In this document: piece by piece, positions 62,494 to 64,000 of the stretch | Position numbering within the stretch: position 1 is the first letter of the stretch | How the letters are laid out: each line of letters begins with the position of its first letter | NCBI GenBank assembly: GCA_907165135.1 | Contig: OU015566.1 | Span: forward strand, 8,308,001-8,372,000 | Reading direction: 5' to 3' | From: Oikopleura dioica | Lineage: Eukaryota > Animalia > Chordata | Length of the DNA stretch: 64,000 nt | Program-made: the position numbers and the translations under genes | The notes under the pieces: model-generated | The model's database searches: none | Seen by the model: the letters and a program-made list of their open reading frames with translations, nothing else | Told to the model about the DNA's origin: nothing

Positions 62494-64000
62494 ATGGCGC
62501 ACAAGGTTAGAATTCCCAATAAAGAACTAATTCTGGGCGATTGATCTAATTTTGCTGGTGTATTAAAATTATGATTTCTAGGTGGCAGTTGTGCCCATCT
62601 TCGGGGTAGACCCCCCGTCCGAGCTTTTCCAGCTCTGCGAGCGCTGCTTCCGAGCATTTACCGTGGCCAGAATGGACAAGCCGTGGATGAATTCTGTCGA
62701 GTGGAATATCCTCGTTGAATCAGAAAACCTCCCTCTTCCCGATACTAAGTTCCGTCCCCTCATCGAATTCGCCAAATACGAAGAGAAATTCGACCGAATC
62801 GCTGCGGCCGGAAATTCTTCTCAAAAACTGAAAAAGATAATCCGCCACGCATTGACCTTGCAGTGGAATTCTACGGACATCCTTTCTCCGGTCAAAAAAC
62901 GAACCTCGCTGGGCGGAAATGGTCTTCAGCGAGCCAAAGTCATTGTTCTTGCTGGAACCATTGCCAAGGAAGATTTTGATGCGAAATTGATCACGGATTC
63001 GGTTTTGAAATGGGCCCTGAATACAGAAATACGGATCGTTCATTTAGCCGACGAGAGGGTTTTTAAAAACATTGAGTTTCTCGATAGCAAGCAAGAAATA
63101 ACGGTAAAAAGATCTTGTTTTATTATGAGAATGAGGCAATTTTAGCGTTTCTCCGATCTAGTTGGAATCAGTCTCGCAGAAATGGTCTACGAAAAGCGCA
63201 TTCTAGCGACGCCGGAGGGAGTTTCAGAGACAACAATGAAGTTCATGGATCAAGAATACAAAATCAAAGTCACAGCTAGGGAGAAAATCAAACTAGTGGA
63301 GATCCGTGCTGAATTGACAAGCAACTCTTTCGTCAGCATCCTTTCGCAGCTGCTCGGAGAGCGGCCTTTTCAGGGCACTTGCTCGGCTAATGTCAATAAA
63401 GATCTTCTACCGCTTGTTGGGAAAATGTTCATTGTCCGGCTGAACGAAGAACGTGTCGCGGTTGCTTCTGTTTCTCGCCCGATCCTATCCAAGATCGTTT
63501 TCCAGTTCAGAAAGACAAAGGAGAATTTCAAGCTGCCAATTCTCAACAACAAAACGCCCATTGAAAATTCCTATCCAGGCCATATCCTATCTGCCCCAGC
63601 TAAAGCCACTGTGGACATGACTCGCTTCGACTTCAGTTACCTTAAAACCGCCGCGGACAATAGCGGCAAAGGGCTTTCTCTTCTCCAGCGAAAGATCGAA
63701 GAAATGACCAAATTCACCAAAAAAGAAGGAGTCGACCATGACAACATTTTACCCCGAAAACTGCGTGTCAGATCAACGCCTACCAAAACGCCGATGAAAT
63801 GTACCCCAACATCAAGTGTTCCAAGCACGCCTCGGCAAAATTCTAGCACCAGGGGAGCGACCCCACAGACGCCGCAAAACGAAAACCGGGAACTTAAACG
63901 GCTCTGCCGATATTTTCCTGATTCTATTTCTTCTTTGGAGGATCAAATCAAAAACGCGATGAAATATTCTTGCTACGTTACTGTTTGCAAATTGTGCACG
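62494..64000 (+). CDS. TICRR: Probable Treslin/TICRR, N-terminal part (runs off the window)
   Basis: MAHK|VAVV; TKFRPL; LTLQWNSTDILSPVKK resembles Treslin LDYQWDRPEITSPTK; IRIVHLAD resembles ITFYWVD; later S/T-P clusters (TPMK, TPR, TPQTP). Confidence 0.6.

Overview
Eukaryotic, very gene-dense, AT-rich DNA with ~40-nt introns, several GA-AG/GC-AG introns and runs of co-oriented genes only tens of bases apart. This combination points to the larvacean tunicate Oikopleura dioica (inference). About 35 spliced genes were reconstructed by eye, so exon limits are approximate where noted. Recognisable genes: astacin protease, ASF1, a HORMAD, NDUFB8, ALDH6A1, SUDS3/BRMS1, TSNAXIP1, NEK-like kinases, SLC26A11, QSOX, NAA60, ATG13, intersectin, a PTP, SLC35B1, a RING ligase, OGFOD3 and probable Treslin. 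There are also several orphans and three foldback/MITE elements. No tRNA, rRNA or CRISPR was seen. Best leads: (1) a TSD-flanked foldback element inside a coding exon whose stop codon can be removed by a GT-AG intron within the element, plus end-pairing stems in non-canonical introns, together suggesting transposon-driven intron birth; (2) a QSOX ending in KDEL; (3) a tandem pair of 12-TM, possibly triple-MARVEL proteins; (4) cold-shock-like paralogues in a putative NDUFB8-HORMAD-ASF1 operon; (5) an intersectin short/long switch. All family calls are from recalled motif similarity, not database searches.
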